Source: an uncultured Gemmatimonadales bacterium (GTDB lineage Bacteria > Gemmatimonadota > Gemmatimonadetes > Gemmatimonadales > Gemmatimonadaceae). Taken from it: DNA of 64,000 bases. The stretch covers positions 384,001 through 448,000 of the forward strand of contig CAVPQB010000006.1 in the NCBI GenBank assembly GCA_963707505.1, in the 5' to 3' direction. A program made the position numbers and the translations under genes. Each line of letters opens with the position of its first letter. Position 1 is the stretch's first letter. Below, piece by piece: positions 31,117-43,000 of this stretch. The notes beneath the pieces are model-generated. The model did not search any database. It saw only the letters and a list, made by a program, of their open reading frames with translations, and was not told where the DNA came from.

Positions 31117-32956
31117 TTATCTGCAGCGTGGAAACGCGGGATCGTCGCCGCTGATCACCGGCCTGTTCTTACGGTCCGCCACCGCGAGCGCGATGTCGTG
31201 CACGAAGTTGCCGACCTTCGCCATGTGATCGTAGTCGGCGTACTGCGGCTCGTCGGTCGGCTGGTGATAGTCCTGCGCGTAGCCGGTCGAGAAGTACGTG
31301 ACCGGCACGTTGTGCTGCACGTAGTTCACCTGGTCGCTGCGGCAGAACCGGTTCATCGGATTCGCCGTCACGTCCCACGTCTTGTCGATCGCCATCACCT
31401 CGGGGCGCACGGCGTTCACCGAATCGATGATGTCGCCGAACTCGCGCGAGAGTCGGCGCGAGCCGAGCGTCTGAATCGAGGTCGGTCCGCCGAACTTCAC
31501 CTGCCGACGTGACCCTTCGCTTCCATGTCCATGTTGATGCGCCGCGACGATCGAGTCGAGCGGAATCGTCGGATGATCGGTGAACCACTTGGAGCCGAGC
31601 AGCCCGGCTTCTTCGCCGTCGTGCGAGACGAAGATGATCGAGCGCGCCGGGTTCTCGCTCGCGAACTTCTCGGCGATCTTCCAGCAAGTATGACGGTGCC
31701 CGAGCCGTCGTCGTCGGCGCCGTTCATGATCGAGTCGCGACGCGGCGGACGAATGCTGCGCGCGCGCGCGATGAGCGAATCGATCTCGTGCTGCTGCGTC
31801 GGCGGTGGGACGGCAGACGGGATCGTTCGCGCCCTGCGGCCGCGTGACCATGTTGACGGCGCGCAGCGAGTCGTGATCGACAGCCGTCGGGGCGCATCGC
31901 CGACGTGATCGTTGTGCGCGCTGATCAGCACGTACTCGCCGGCGCGCGCCGGATCGGAGCCGGGCAGGATCGCGATGACGTTGCGCCCGGGAGTCGCGGA
32001 AACATTGAAGGTGTAGCGCCAGTTGGCGGTCACTGTCGCGCCTGCGTCGCCTACTGCGAGCTGACTCGTCGCCTTTCCGAATAGCTGCTGCGCGGTCACG
32101 CTGTCGATCACCGCGCCGGCTGGAGCGGCGATGAGCGAATCGCTCACCGGCATTCCCACGCGTGGATGCATCACGGCGGCGGCGGCCGATGCGTCGATCG
32201 GCTCGATGAACAGCACGCCGGCGGCGCCTGCCGCCAAGGCGCGCTCATCCCGTCGCCCGAACGTCCGCACGCCGCGGGCGCGGTTGCGCGCATCGTCGGC
32301 AATGGCTGCATCGGCGCCGAAGCGATCCGGGAGAGAGTCGCAACTCGGGACGCGCCCGGTGCCACCCTGGCTCTCCGGCACTCGCGGTCCGCCCACGAAC
32401 ACGGCGACCTTCCCGCGGAAGCGCGCCGGGTCGAGCGCGACGGTGTCGCCGAAGCGGCCGGCGAAGACGACTGGCACGTTACGCAGCGCAGCTTTCGCGC
32501 CGGTCCCGCTGGCGGCACTCGGCGCTAGTGGAATCCATCGCGCGCCGGCAGAGAGCGTCTTCTTTCCCACCGTGAGTTGCGGTGCCGCGCCCTGGAGTGC
32601 GAAGGCGCCGTACGGGAGATCCTGGAAGTACGTCCCCTTCTCGCCCGCTGGCTCGAGGCCGAGTCGATGGAAGACGTCCGCAATGTAGGCAGTCGCCTTG
32701 TAGTCACCCAGTGCGCCGATCTCGCGACCCTGCATGGAGTCGTCGGCGATCTGGTAGAGCCGCGTGCGGAGGTCATTCGGCGTGATCGCCGATTCCGTTG
32801 CGCGCGGCGTCCAGGTGCGGGGACCCTCGTCGGGCCAGACGGGACGGTCGGAGCGCGGCGCGGCCTGCTGTGCGGAGACAGCGGAGACGGATGCGGCGCT
32901 CGTCGATCATAGAGAGTGATGAGCGCGGAGCGAACGAGGCGAGGGCGGTCGGTCAC
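31117..32956 (-). CDS. M28 family peptidase, multiply frameshifted
   Basis: DDSMQGRE, NVIAILPGSD, ISAHNDH, NGADDDGSG, HDGEEAGLLGS, INMDM, RSDQVNY, DYHQPTD spread over several frames. Confidence 0.85.
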
Positions 32957-33149
32957 AATAGTGGTCCCGGGGGCAGAGTTGCAGCAGGGTGCGTCGGCGG
33001 CCGCCGGCGGCCGTGCCGGCGCTGTGTCGGTATTGGTCACACGTTAGCAGGGAGAGGGCTGCTCGGATAGGGTCGTGGGTGCCTTGACTCGCGTATCATC
33101 GGCTCGTACCGTATCGCGCATCGTCTGGCACCCCGTATCGAGACACAAC

Positions 33150-34574
33150 ATGCGTCGATTGTCGGCTCTCAGCACACTCGTAATGCTTGCCGCGCCACTA
33201 TCAAATGTGCACGCGCAGTTCGGCTTCACCAGGGCATTCACGCCAGCCGAGTTCTCGGCGCGTCGCGCGAAAATCATGGAAGGGATCGGCGACGGTATCG
33301 CCGTGATCCAGGGCTCGGCGGAGATTCCGGGCTCACTGAATTTCCGCCAGGGAAATCAGTTCTTTTATCTGACGGGCGTGGAGGTTCCGCGCTCGGTTCT
33401 GATCATCGATGGCAAGGCGCGCAGTTCGACGCTGTTTCTTCCGGCGTTCAACGCGGCGGAGGTGCACAACGGCGGGCCGGTGATCATTCCCGACGAGGCG
33501 TCGCGCAAGATTGTCGGAGTCGAACACGTCATGGTTCGCGACTCCGTCATGTCGGTGCTGACACGTCTGGCCGCCGAGGGGCGGCAGTTCTACGCGCCAT
33601 TCGGCGGCGAGGTGCGCGGGGCGAGTTATACATCGCATGTAGTTGCGTATGATAAGGCGAATGCAGCCGATCCACTGGATGGACGGCTGTCCCGCGAGCA
33701 GCAGTTAGTTGCGAAGCTGAAGACGCTGACTGGAAAGGACGTTCAGGATCTCGATCCAATCGAGAACTCGCTGCGCGCGCTCAAGAGTCCCGCGGAAATT
33801 GCGGCGATCCGGGAGGCATCGCGGGTCGCTGGACTCGGTCTCATGGAGGCGATGCGTGCCACCAAGCCTGGAAAGTACGAATACCAACTCGGAGCCGCCG
33901 CCGATTTCGTATTCCGGAATCACAATGCGCAGGGATTCGGCTACGGCGCTATCATCGCCGTCGATACGAATGCCGTCTGGATTCATTATCGTCGCGCGCA
34001 GAGCCGGATGGCTGCGGGCAGCATGCTGTTGATGGACTATGCGCCGGACATCAACTACTACACGTCAGACGTTACGCGCAGCTGGCCGGTGAGCGGCAAG
34101 TTCACACCACGCGAGCGCGAGCTGTACGGCATCTACATCAAGCTGTTTCAGGCGGTGGAGTCATCGATGAAGCCGAACGTATCGGCGGCTGACATCAGCA
34201 AGGAAGCTGTCGCCAAAATGGACAGGATCTTCGCCGAGTTTCACTTTACCGATCCGAAGATCAAGACCGCGGCGGCGCAGTTCATCGATAAGTATCGCAA
34301 GGCGCCGCGGTCGTTGGGTCATACCGTTGGAATGGCGGTGCACGATGTCGGGTCGTTTCCTGTGCTGACGCCGGGAATGGTGTTCGCGTTGGAGCCTGAT
34401 CTGACGATTCAGGATGAGCGTCTGTCGGTGCGTATCGAGAATGTGTATCTGGTGACGGATACGAAGGTGGAGAATCTGTCACCGGAGGCGCCGGTCGACA
34501 TCGATGGGATCGAGAGGGTGATGCGGGAGCAGGGGATTACGGAGCATGCTGCTGAGGCGGTGGCGCAACCTTGA
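33150..34574 (+). CDS. Secreted Xaa-Pro aminopeptidase (M24)
   Basis: Signal peptide; FFYLTG, LMDYAP...YTSDVTRSWP, LGHTVGMAVHD, ALEP, VRIEN. Confidence 0.9.
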   Translation: MRRLSALSTLVMLAAPLSNVHAQFGFTRAFTPAEFSARRAKIMEGIGDGIAVIQGSAEIPGSLNFRQGNQFFYLTGVEVPRSVLIIDGKARSSTLFLPAFNAAEVHNGGPVIIPDEASRKIVGVEHVMVRDSVMSVLTRLAAEGRQFYAPFGGEVRGASYTSHVVAYDKANAADPLDGRLSREQQLVAKLKTLTGKDVQDLDPIENSLRALKSPAEIAAIREASRVAGLGLMEAMRATKPGKYEYQLGAAADFVFRNHNAQGFGYGAIIAVDTNAVWIHYRRAQSRMAAGSMLLMDYAPDINYYTSDVTRSWPVSGKFTPRERELYGIYIKLFQAVESSMKPNVSAADISKEAVAKMDRIFAEFHFTDPKIKTAAAQFIDKYRKAPRSLGHTVGMAVHDVGSFPVLTPGMVFALEPDLTIQDERLSVRIENVYLVTDTKVENLSPEAPVDIDGIERVMREQGITEHAAEAVAQP

Positions 34575-34688
34575 TCGGTCGGCCGGGGTTGGGTATTCAT
34601 TTTGCCAACGCGTGCAGGATGATAGCGGATAGGTGAAATGGCGGCGCCTGAAGTCAATTCAGGCGAGCAATTTGCAAGGGTATGTTGC

Positions 34689-35636
34689 ATGACGCCGTCA
34701 CCCACTTCCTCGCGGCAACTACAGATTCCGGCCGACACGGACGACGTGGATGTGCGCGTCGGAAAGCGAACGGTGCGCCTCACGCATCTTCGCAAGATGT
34801 TCTGGTCGTCGCGCAGGATTACGAAAGGCGATCTGTTGCGTTACTACATCGCCATTTCGCCGGCGCTGCTCCCGCACCTGCGCGACCGCGCAATGGTGAT
34901 GAAGCGTTATCCCAATGGCGCATCCGGAAAGTGCTTCTTCATGAAGCGCGCACCGAGTCCGCGTCCTGACTGGATTGAAACGTGCGCGATCGAGCATGAT
35001 TCCGGAAATGTCATCGATTTCCCAATGGTTCAGGATGTTGCATCGCTCCTTTGGGTGGTGAATCTCGGCTGTATCGATCTCAACCAATGGTACGCCCGCT
35101 GCGACGATGTAAATCGGCCGGATTACCTGCACTTCGATCTCGATCCCGCGAAAGGCGCGTCGTTCTCGCGCGTGCAGGATGTGGCGCTGATCGTTCGAGA
35201 GGCGTTGGACCATCTCGGAATGCCTTCGTTCGTCAAGACGAGCGGCGCTACGGGAATGCACGTGTACGTACCCATCGTGCGCGGTCCCCTGCAGAAGCAG
35301 GTGTGGAGTTTCGCGAAGGAACTTGCGCGTGCCATTGCTTCCAGTCATCCGAAGATCGCGACTGCGGAATACATCATCGCCAAGCGTCCGTACGGCCGGG
35401 TATTCGTGGACTACAACCAGAACGCGTGGGGCAAGACGCTGGCGTCGGTGTATTCCGTGCGCCCGACTCCGCACGCGACCGTGTCCACTCCGGTCAGCTG
35501 GGAAGAGGTAGAGCGTGGCGTGGATCGCGACGCGTTTCGGATGGATACGGTTCCTGAACGTGTTGCCGAGCTCGGCGATTTATGGGCGCCGCTTCTCTCT
35601 GCTCGCGGGCGCGTGAAACTTGAAAAATTTCTATGA
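34689..35636 (+). CDS. Stand-alone LigD-type primase-polymerase (Prim-PolC-like)
   Basis: KGDLLRYY, KRYPNG, PDYLHFDLDP, KTSGATGMHVYVP, FVDYNQN, YSVRP. Confidence 0.92.
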   Translation: MTPSPTSSRQLQIPADTDDVDVRVGKRTVRLTHLRKMFWSSRRITKGDLLRYYIAISPALLPHLRDRAMVMKRYPNGASGKCFFMKRAPSPRPDWIETCAIEHDSGNVIDFPMVQDVASLLWVVNLGCIDLNQWYARCDDVNRPDYLHFDLDPAKGASFSRVQDVALIVREALDHLGMPSFVKTSGATGMHVYVPIVRGPLQKQVWSFAKELARAIASSHPKIATAEYIIAKRPYGRVFVDYNQNAWGKTLASVYSVRPTPHATVSTPVSWEEVERGVDRDAFRMDTVPERVAELGDLWAPLLSARGRVKLEKFL

Positions 35637-36676
35637 CTCTTCCTCTCAAGTACAGCTACGCACCGATGGAGGCGCAGTCCGTCCCAGAGCTTCCAACGGG
35701 ACGACAATGGCAGTACGAGCCCAAGTGGGATGGCTTTCGGTGCATTGCGTTTCGAGATGGCGCAAAGGTGGAGCTGCGATCGAAGGCTGGCAAGTCGCTG
35801 TCCCGCTACTTCCCGGAGATCATAGCGGCGCTACGCAAAATACGCGCGAAGAAGTTCGTGCTCGATGGGGAGCTCGTCATTCCGCACGGCAAGGCGCTGT
35901 CATTCGATGCGTTGCTTCAACGAATACATCCAGCGGCAAGTCGCATCAGAAAATTGTCGACGGAGACACCGGCGATGTACGTCGTGTTCGATCTGCTCGT
36001 CGGGGAGCGCGGTCGCGTGCTGGTTGACGACGCACGGAAAGAGCGTCGGTCAGCGTTGGAAGCGTTTGCGGATCGTTATTTCGATGTGGAGTCCGGCTTC
36101 ATGCGTCTATCACCATCGACGCGATCGCTTGCCATCGCACGACGCTGGCTCGAGGGACGCGCTGGGTTGGACGGCGTGGTCGCAAAGCGCACGGATCTGC
36201 CGTACGAGTCTGGCAATCGTACTGGAATGCAAAAGGTAAAGCGGATTCACACTGCGGATTGTGTGGTCGGAGGTTTTCGATACGCAACCAAGGGTCACGT
36301 GGTCGGGTCTCTGTTGCTCGGTCTTTACGATTCCGACGGTCTGCTCAACCACATCGGGTTCGTATCATCGTTCACGGCTGAAGAAAGGAAATCGATCTTG
36401 CCGAAAGTCGAGAAGCTCATCAAGCCACCGGGATTCACTGGTCAGAAGCCCGGCGGCCCGAGTCGATGGAGCACAGATCGTTCTGCGGATTGGCAGCCAT
36501 TGGCGCCAAAACTCGTCGTGGAGGTTACGTATGATCACTTCTCCGGCGATCGCTTCCGGCATGGGACGAGCTTCGTTCGCTGGCGTCCGGACAAGGCGCC
36601 ACGCCAGTGTACGATGGAGCAGGTGAAACCGCCGGTGGCGAATGTGTCGAGAATGTTGCGAGCGCCGGGTCGATAA
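35633..36676 (+). CDS. ligC: ATP-dependent DNA ligase (LigC-like)
   Basis: WQYEPKWDGFR, LDGELV, VFDLL, DGVVAK, RFRHG...RWRPDK; ATGA coupling with Prim-Pol. Confidence 0.88.
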   Translation: MTLPLKYSYAPMEAQSVPELPTGRQWQYEPKWDGFRCIAFRDGAKVELRSKAGKSLSRYFPEIIAALRKIRAKKFVLDGELVIPHGKALSFDALLQRIHPAASRIRKLSTETPAMYVVFDLLVGERGRVLVDDARKERRSALEAFADRYFDVESGFMRLSPSTRSLAIARRWLEGRAGLDGVVAKRTDLPYESGNRTGMQKVKRIHTADCVVGGFRYATKGHVVGSLLLGLYDSDGLLNHIGFVSSFTAEERKSILPKVEKLIKPPGFTGQKPGGPSRWSTDRSADWQPLAPKLVVEVTYDHFSGDRFRHGTSFVRWRPDKAPRQCTMEQVKPPVANVSRMLRAPGR

Positions 36677-36776
36677 GATTTCCGTGTTGGGGGAATCGGC
36701 ATTGCGCTCTGCTTTCGCGCATGACTACGTGACTCACATCTAGAAAAGCAGGCGAACCAATCGTAGGCGAACGAGT

Positions 36777-36835
36777 GTTTGTCGCATTTTGTCGCGCGAC
36801 AAGGTGCGACTGTCGCGCGACAAAATGCGACAAAC
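36777..36835. promoter_or_regulatory. Perfect 25-bp inverted repeat (9-nt loop) built of TGTCGC/GCGACA half-sites; candidate activator site
   Basis: GTTTGTCGCATTTTGTCGCGCGACA-aggtgcgac-TGTCGCGCGACAAAATGCGACAAAC. Confidence 0.7.
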
Positions 36836-36849
36836 GGATGGGTTGCTGG

Positions 36850-36880
36850 CGCTAAGTCGTTGTCTTAACGCGACTTAGCG
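36850..36880. promoter_or_regulatory. Dyad CGCTAAGTCG-N11-CGACTTAGCG, IHF-like site
   Basis: 10-bp inverted repeat; reverse strand ACAACGACTTA resembles WATCAANNNNTTR. Confidence 0.5.
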
Positions 36881-36892
36881 TTTGTGTTGTTA

Positions 36893-36908
36893 TGGCACTC
36901 GGCGTGCC
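36893..36908 (+). promoter_or_regulatory. Sigma54-type -24/-12 promoter
   Basis: TGGCAC-TCGGC-GTGCC; GG-N10-GC spacing exact; oriented toward the RHS gene. Confidence 0.65.
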
Positions 36909-37064
36909 TATGCCGCCAGTCATGTTGCCAATCGTGCTGCCATCGTCGCTGCCATCACCCAGGACGCATCTCGTGCGTCACCGGATCGCGTCTACACCGG
37001 TGAGAAGTATCCCCGCCTTCTGGCTGCTCGGTCGACTCATCCCCTCTCACGCCCCCGCATCGTC

Positions 37065-40000
37065 ATGAGTAATTATCCGAGATCGGATTCTCGCATTGCT
37101 CTCATCTTGCTTCGCTCGGCAGTCGGGATCTGTCTCTCGGCCGTCGTGTTGTGCTCAACACTCACTCCGGCACTGTTGCACGCCCAAGGCACGAAGCCAG
37201 GTGCAATGCCGATGATAGGTGGCAATGCGATACTCGACGTGAGTCCGGCGAACGGGAGCACCACGGCTGTTGGCAACAGCACCTCGCAGACCTACGTGTT
37301 CTATGTCGAGAATACGGGGACAGCGAATACCACGGCGACGTTCAGCATCAGCTCCTGTGCCGGAGCGGTCAGCAACTGCTCCCTGTCGCCATCGAGCGCA
37401 TCAGTTCCTCATGGAGGCAGCGTTCCTGTAACTGTGACGTTTCATACGGCAGTCACGGGTTCAGGTACCATAATGCTCACCGCGAATTGGGGCGGGTCTA
37501 ACTACATAGATGGTTCAGTTACGGTGACACTGCCGAGTGCGACGCCATCAGTCGCGGTAGGCGCCAATCCTAATTACTCGGCCGAGAGCTTTCAGACGAA
37601 CGATCCCAACTTCACCGTCACGAACAGCGGAAACACCGCCTCGTACTACTCGTTCATGGTGACACAGTGCTCGGGCAACGTCTCCAACTGCTCGGTAGCG
37701 ACTCCCAACAGCAGTATCTCTCCCGGCAGCTCACGACCGGATACGGTGAGCTACACTACGGGCCCGTTCCAGAACGGCAACGGTACGATCGCACTTCAGG
37801 TGACCTCTCTCCTTACGGGCGAGGTGAGCAGCGGCACCGTAACCATAGTTCCGCTGTCGCCCGCAGTGGCAGTAACACCCGATACGGGTACGGCCACCGC
37901 CAATCCGAATACGAGTCCGGTGGCAACGTTTGTCGTGAGCGATACTGGTAACTCGAGTCCGGTAACCTATAATCTCACATGCGGATACTCCGGGACCGTG
38001 ACCGGTTGCTCGGTGCAGTCGAGCGTCCAAGTGTACCATGGCTCGCCGCAGAACGTGAGCGTCACTTACACGACGAGCGGGAGCCCTGCTGGCGGTGCAG
38101 GTACTGTTACGGTGAGCGCAACTCCTAGTGGTTGGCAGGCTCATAATTACGCTGATCAGGGCAGCTACAACATTAGCGTCGCTTCCGAACAGGCGGCAAC
38201 AACTCCCGCTCCGGCCGGTCCCGCGTACGATGATGTGAACGCTACGGTGACGCGTGCATTTGCGATTCACAATCCGAATGCGTTTCCAGAGAACTACATG
38301 TGGAGCGCGACATGTGCAAATGCTGCCTCGTGCAGCGGTCAGAGCGGGGCCGTTTATGTACCTGCGAGTTCGACTGTATCACAAAACGTCACATATACGG
38401 CAGTCACATCTCCCTCGAATGGTACCATCACTTTTTCTGCTAGCGACGCGGCCGGAAGCTCGAGTGCGGTACTTACGGTCGTGCTCAACACATACGCGCC
38501 AGGTGTGGTGCCATCCAGTGGTGGGTCCGGATCACTTGTAACCGGGCAACAGGTCGTCGATACGTTCGTTGTCCGGAATCAGGGAAATCAGGAAGCGAAC
38601 TATTCCCTATCGGCAACCTGTGACGGAGCGATCCCGCAGCAGAACTGCCTTCTCGCCAATTCGACGCAGGCCCAGCAAGGCGTAGATCTTCTACCGAATG
38701 AAACTGTGTCAGTGCCGGTACGCTGGAGCGCTACGGGTACCCCGGTCACCAGCCACGTTTCATTGACTGCGTCCTTCACCGATCTGCATGCCACGCCCTG
38801 GACGAATACCGGAACCAGGACCCTTACATATTTCCCGTGGGTTGCTCCATCCATAACGGCCAATGGGCCGCCATCAGGCGGATTTGCTCCTGACGCAGTA
38901 GGACTCGTCCAATCGTTCATGGTGACGAATAACGGGAGCACGAGCGCCACCTACGACTACCACGCTTCATGCGTCGATGCAGTTGGCGAGGCTGCGGTAC
39001 CGACAAGTTGTGCCGTCGTCCAACCAGCTCCATATACAGTCACCGCTGGCGAGAATGCAACGGTACAGGTCAGTTTCAACAGTGGTGACGAGGGCACTTC
39101 GTCCACGATGACTCTAGTTGCTACCGAAGGCACTGATAGTACCTCCGGTCCGGCGACGATTGCGATCAACCAGCTTCCGCCGACGGTTACCACGGCCACG
39201 CCATCGGTCGCAGATTATAGCGACGTGCCTGTAACGCGCTCGTTCATGATCCACAATCCGAACGCAGTGGGCGAATCCTACTCATGGACTCTTGCGTGTC
39301 ATGGGGTGGCGTCGTGTACAACTAGCTCGGGCTGGGCTGCCGTAGCAGCGAGGGACAGTGCTAGCATCGGCGAACAGTACACGCCATCCGGTGCGCCGAA
39401 CGCGACGGGTACGATGGTCGCAACAGCGAGCAGCCTCAGCGTTAGTGCGACTGATTCGATTGTGATCCGGATCAAGAGCTACACGCCGCAAGTTACGGCG
39501 GTGGGCTCGCCAGACACCCTTGCTGCTGGCGTTGTGGATACTGCACACTTCACGGTCAAGAATATCGGACTCGACTCGATGGCTTACGTGTTCACCGCAT
39601 CGTGCGATAACACCGCTGCGATAACGTGCGTGCAGCCGCCATCCACTCCTGTGCCCTTGCTACCGTCACAACAGACGACTGTGGCTGTGCGGTTTACTGC
39701 CGGAGCGAATTTCACGTCAGGTGGTGTCATGCTGCATGTCTATCCGAATGGGAGCGGTATCTACGCAGACTCGGCGACCTTCGCGATCATTGTGCGTACT
39801 CCGGGCTCACTGACTGTCAATACGGATTTCATGAACAGCGACAATCAGGACATGAATGCGTGTGCGGCCTCTTGTTTCGCGGCCCAGTACACTCTCAGTA
39901 CGGCCCCATTCTACACGCTGAACACCCCGCGTACAACTAGCCTGGTTTACAATAGCGATCGCGTATCACCGAGACCCTTCATCTACGCCGACGTTTCTCC

Positions 40001-43000
40001 TAATACGCAAGCTGGACCAGTTCAACAGTATCTGCTCCAGGTCCGGAAGAATGGTGTGAATCTTCCGTTCACAAACGGCGACGATACGCTCTTCTTCGCC
40101 GGCAGCTCGGTTCCGATCCGTCTGACTGGTCAAGTGGACATGTCGAGCTACGATACCGACTTGTATCCGGTCGACGTGATGGTGACGGCCGTGTACGGCG
40201 GTGGTGGGTCCGAGACGGTTACATCACATACGCATCTTCTCGTTGTGAACGAGAGTCATTCTCCGGTCGCCAGAGGATGGACGCTCGTAGGCCCGCAGCA
40301 TATCTATGAGCGCGACAGTGTTGCCATCATCACCGACGGCACAGGTTCGGCTGAGGTATTTGCCAAGTGTGGTACTTATTGCTACCAGGCGCCGACTGGC
40401 GACTTCTCGACGCTCGCGGTGATAGATAGTAGTGCCGGTGCCCCTCGTACCTGGATCCGCACCTATCCAGATGGCACGCAGCTCTACTTCGGTGTGACTG
40501 GAGATGACTGGATGACGTACGATCACGTCGGCCGTAGCGCTTACATTGGTCATGACACGCAGAGCCGCGTAACCGAGCTGGATGATCCAGGGCTGACGAA
40601 ATCGTGGGGATCATATGCCACCAGTGTCGGATACGATGCCAATGGTATCTCGTGGATTCGGGAACCGTCGCAGCAGGCGTGGCGTGGACGCATGCTCACA
40701 TTCCGGATCGGCACCGATTCGCTGCTCTATGCTGCGTACACAGCCGACAGCGACAGCACCGTATTCACTTATGACAGCCAGCGCCGCCTGACGACCGTGC
40801 GGGACATGAATGGCGCTGTTACCACCTATACGTACGATTCCGTCACCGGGAAGGTCGTTCAGGTCACTGGTGCCGCCGTTCCGACTGATGCAGGCGGCGG
40901 ATCGACGACTCTGCAACAGCCCACGGTCGTGTTCACGCCATGGCAGTCAGTTGGCGTACCAAGGGTACATACGAGTAGCTCGACACCGGCGACGGCCGTC
41001 GAAGCCTCGGCCGTGGTGGCCAAGGTGCAGGACCCGGCTGGTGCGGTGACGCAATTCACCGTGGACCGCTGGGGACAGCCTCTCATCACTACCGACGCGA
41101 TGGGGAATGTTACGACCATCAAGCGATCCGGAATGGTTGCCACCGAGGTAGATGAATCACAGGGGCGCAAATCACTCTATACTTACGAAGGGCCGAACCT
41201 CACCATAAGTCAGCCCGCCGGCGACAGCGCGACCCACTATCACTATGGCTTGAAGAGCCAGGTCGACAGCATTTGGGGGAAAAGTGTAGTTCCGGAGGCC
41301 CGCGGTTTCAATTCTGACGGCACGGTGGCCTGGGTGCGCCAAGCAGGCGATTCATCTCGCACGACACACTACACCTACGATCCGACCACGGTGCAGGTCG
41401 CCACGATCACGGACCCGTTAGGGCATACGACCGTATTGCAGTACGATGCCACGTTCGGCAATCTTGCCCGTACTACTGCGCCGAGTGGGCAGGTCATCTC
41501 GGCAACGTTCGATCGCTATGGCCGAGACTCGACTTCGTCCGCGCCCGGGCTTGCCACGACCACGACGCTGTACGACATAGTGAATCGTCCTGTATCAGTA
41601 AATGACGGCGCGTATACAACGCCGACCACGTTCACGTACGATCCCTTGGGCCGATTTAGCGTCGTGACGGATCCGATGGGGCAGAGCTTCCGCACGGAGT
41701 ACGATACGGTGGGTCGGGTGACGCGGCGGTATGACGCAACGGGCTTGGGCAAGTACAACAGCTACAGGTACGACATAGCAGGTCGCACGACGAGCAGCAC
41801 CAATCGCCGAGGCCAGCGGGTAGACATTACCTACGACTTGCTCGGACGCATGCTCACGCGCACCGATATTACAGCTGGCAACGTGGACCGATTCTCGTAT
41901 TCCGCGGACGGCCTGACCTCTGGATCGGCCAATGCCAATGCTGGAGATACGACGGACGTGGACGTGATGAATGCTACAAGCCAGACCACGACCTGGGAAA
42001 ACGGAGTTCGGTACTCGAACGGGCAGACATTGAATCCCTCCTTCAACGTGCCCGATACGTCCACTGTCACAGCTCTTACGTTTGGCGGAACGCCGTCGCA
42101 GCGCATAACTGGACGCGATCCGCTTCTCGGTGCTCTTGGAAGCGTTTCGCTTGGCGGTCATACGGTGACCTTCGGATATGACCATCAACTGGGCGTGCGA
42201 ATGAGCACGACCTATGTGCCGCCGACACGGACAACGGATGGCAGTGTGCGCGCGGATAGCTATGCGCCCTTCACGGCTCTGCCGGTCGAGACGTCATTCA
42301 GTGTCGCGCAGGTGGATTCAGTCCTGCACCGTGCCTACGGCTATGACTCGGCAGGAAGACTCACTAGCGAGCAGGTGGCAATCAACTATTTCAATGACGG
42401 CGACGGAGCCAGACAACGCCAGCGCCAGTTCAGCTATGATTCACTAGGGCGCCTGACGAATGTTACGGTGCGACGTGGCACGTGCATGCCTTGGCCATCG
42501 GACAGCACAGCCAGCGACTCATTGAGCTCATCGTTCGGCTGGCGCTATACCTGCGGCACGGTAGCGCCCGATAGCGGCGCCGTGTTCAGCTACGATTCCG
42601 TGGGAAACAGGACTGATCACAGCGCCATCATCACTGCCGGAGACCGGCTGGCCAGTTTCAACGGTGACACCATCACCTACGACGACGACGGCAATATGAT
42701 CCGCCGGTACAATCCTGTAACCGGAGCCGATCACCGGTATGTATGGAATGCGCTGGGCCAGTTGGACAGTGCGATCGTAGTGAGCGCGATCGACCCGATC
42801 AGTGGCCAGCGAACGACCGTGACCGAGCATTACGTGTACGATGCGGGTGGAAGGCTCGTGCACGTCGATGGCAGCCCAAACACTGGCTGGCTCGTATACC
42901 AGGGCGACCAGGTCTCGGAAGTGGTCCAATCTCAGAGCGCATACACTGACGTGGCTTATGACGACGGCACGGATCGGCCGGCGATGGAGTACATCCACAC

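Noticed and set aside
34689..36676. Complete NHEJ system, or integration machinery for the island
   Set aside because: No Ku or phosphoesterase domain, and no integrase, att repeats or tRNA at the island borders
36882..37064. Longer RHS start at TTG 36882
   Set aside because: It overlaps the putative promoter; the signal peptide follows ATG 37065
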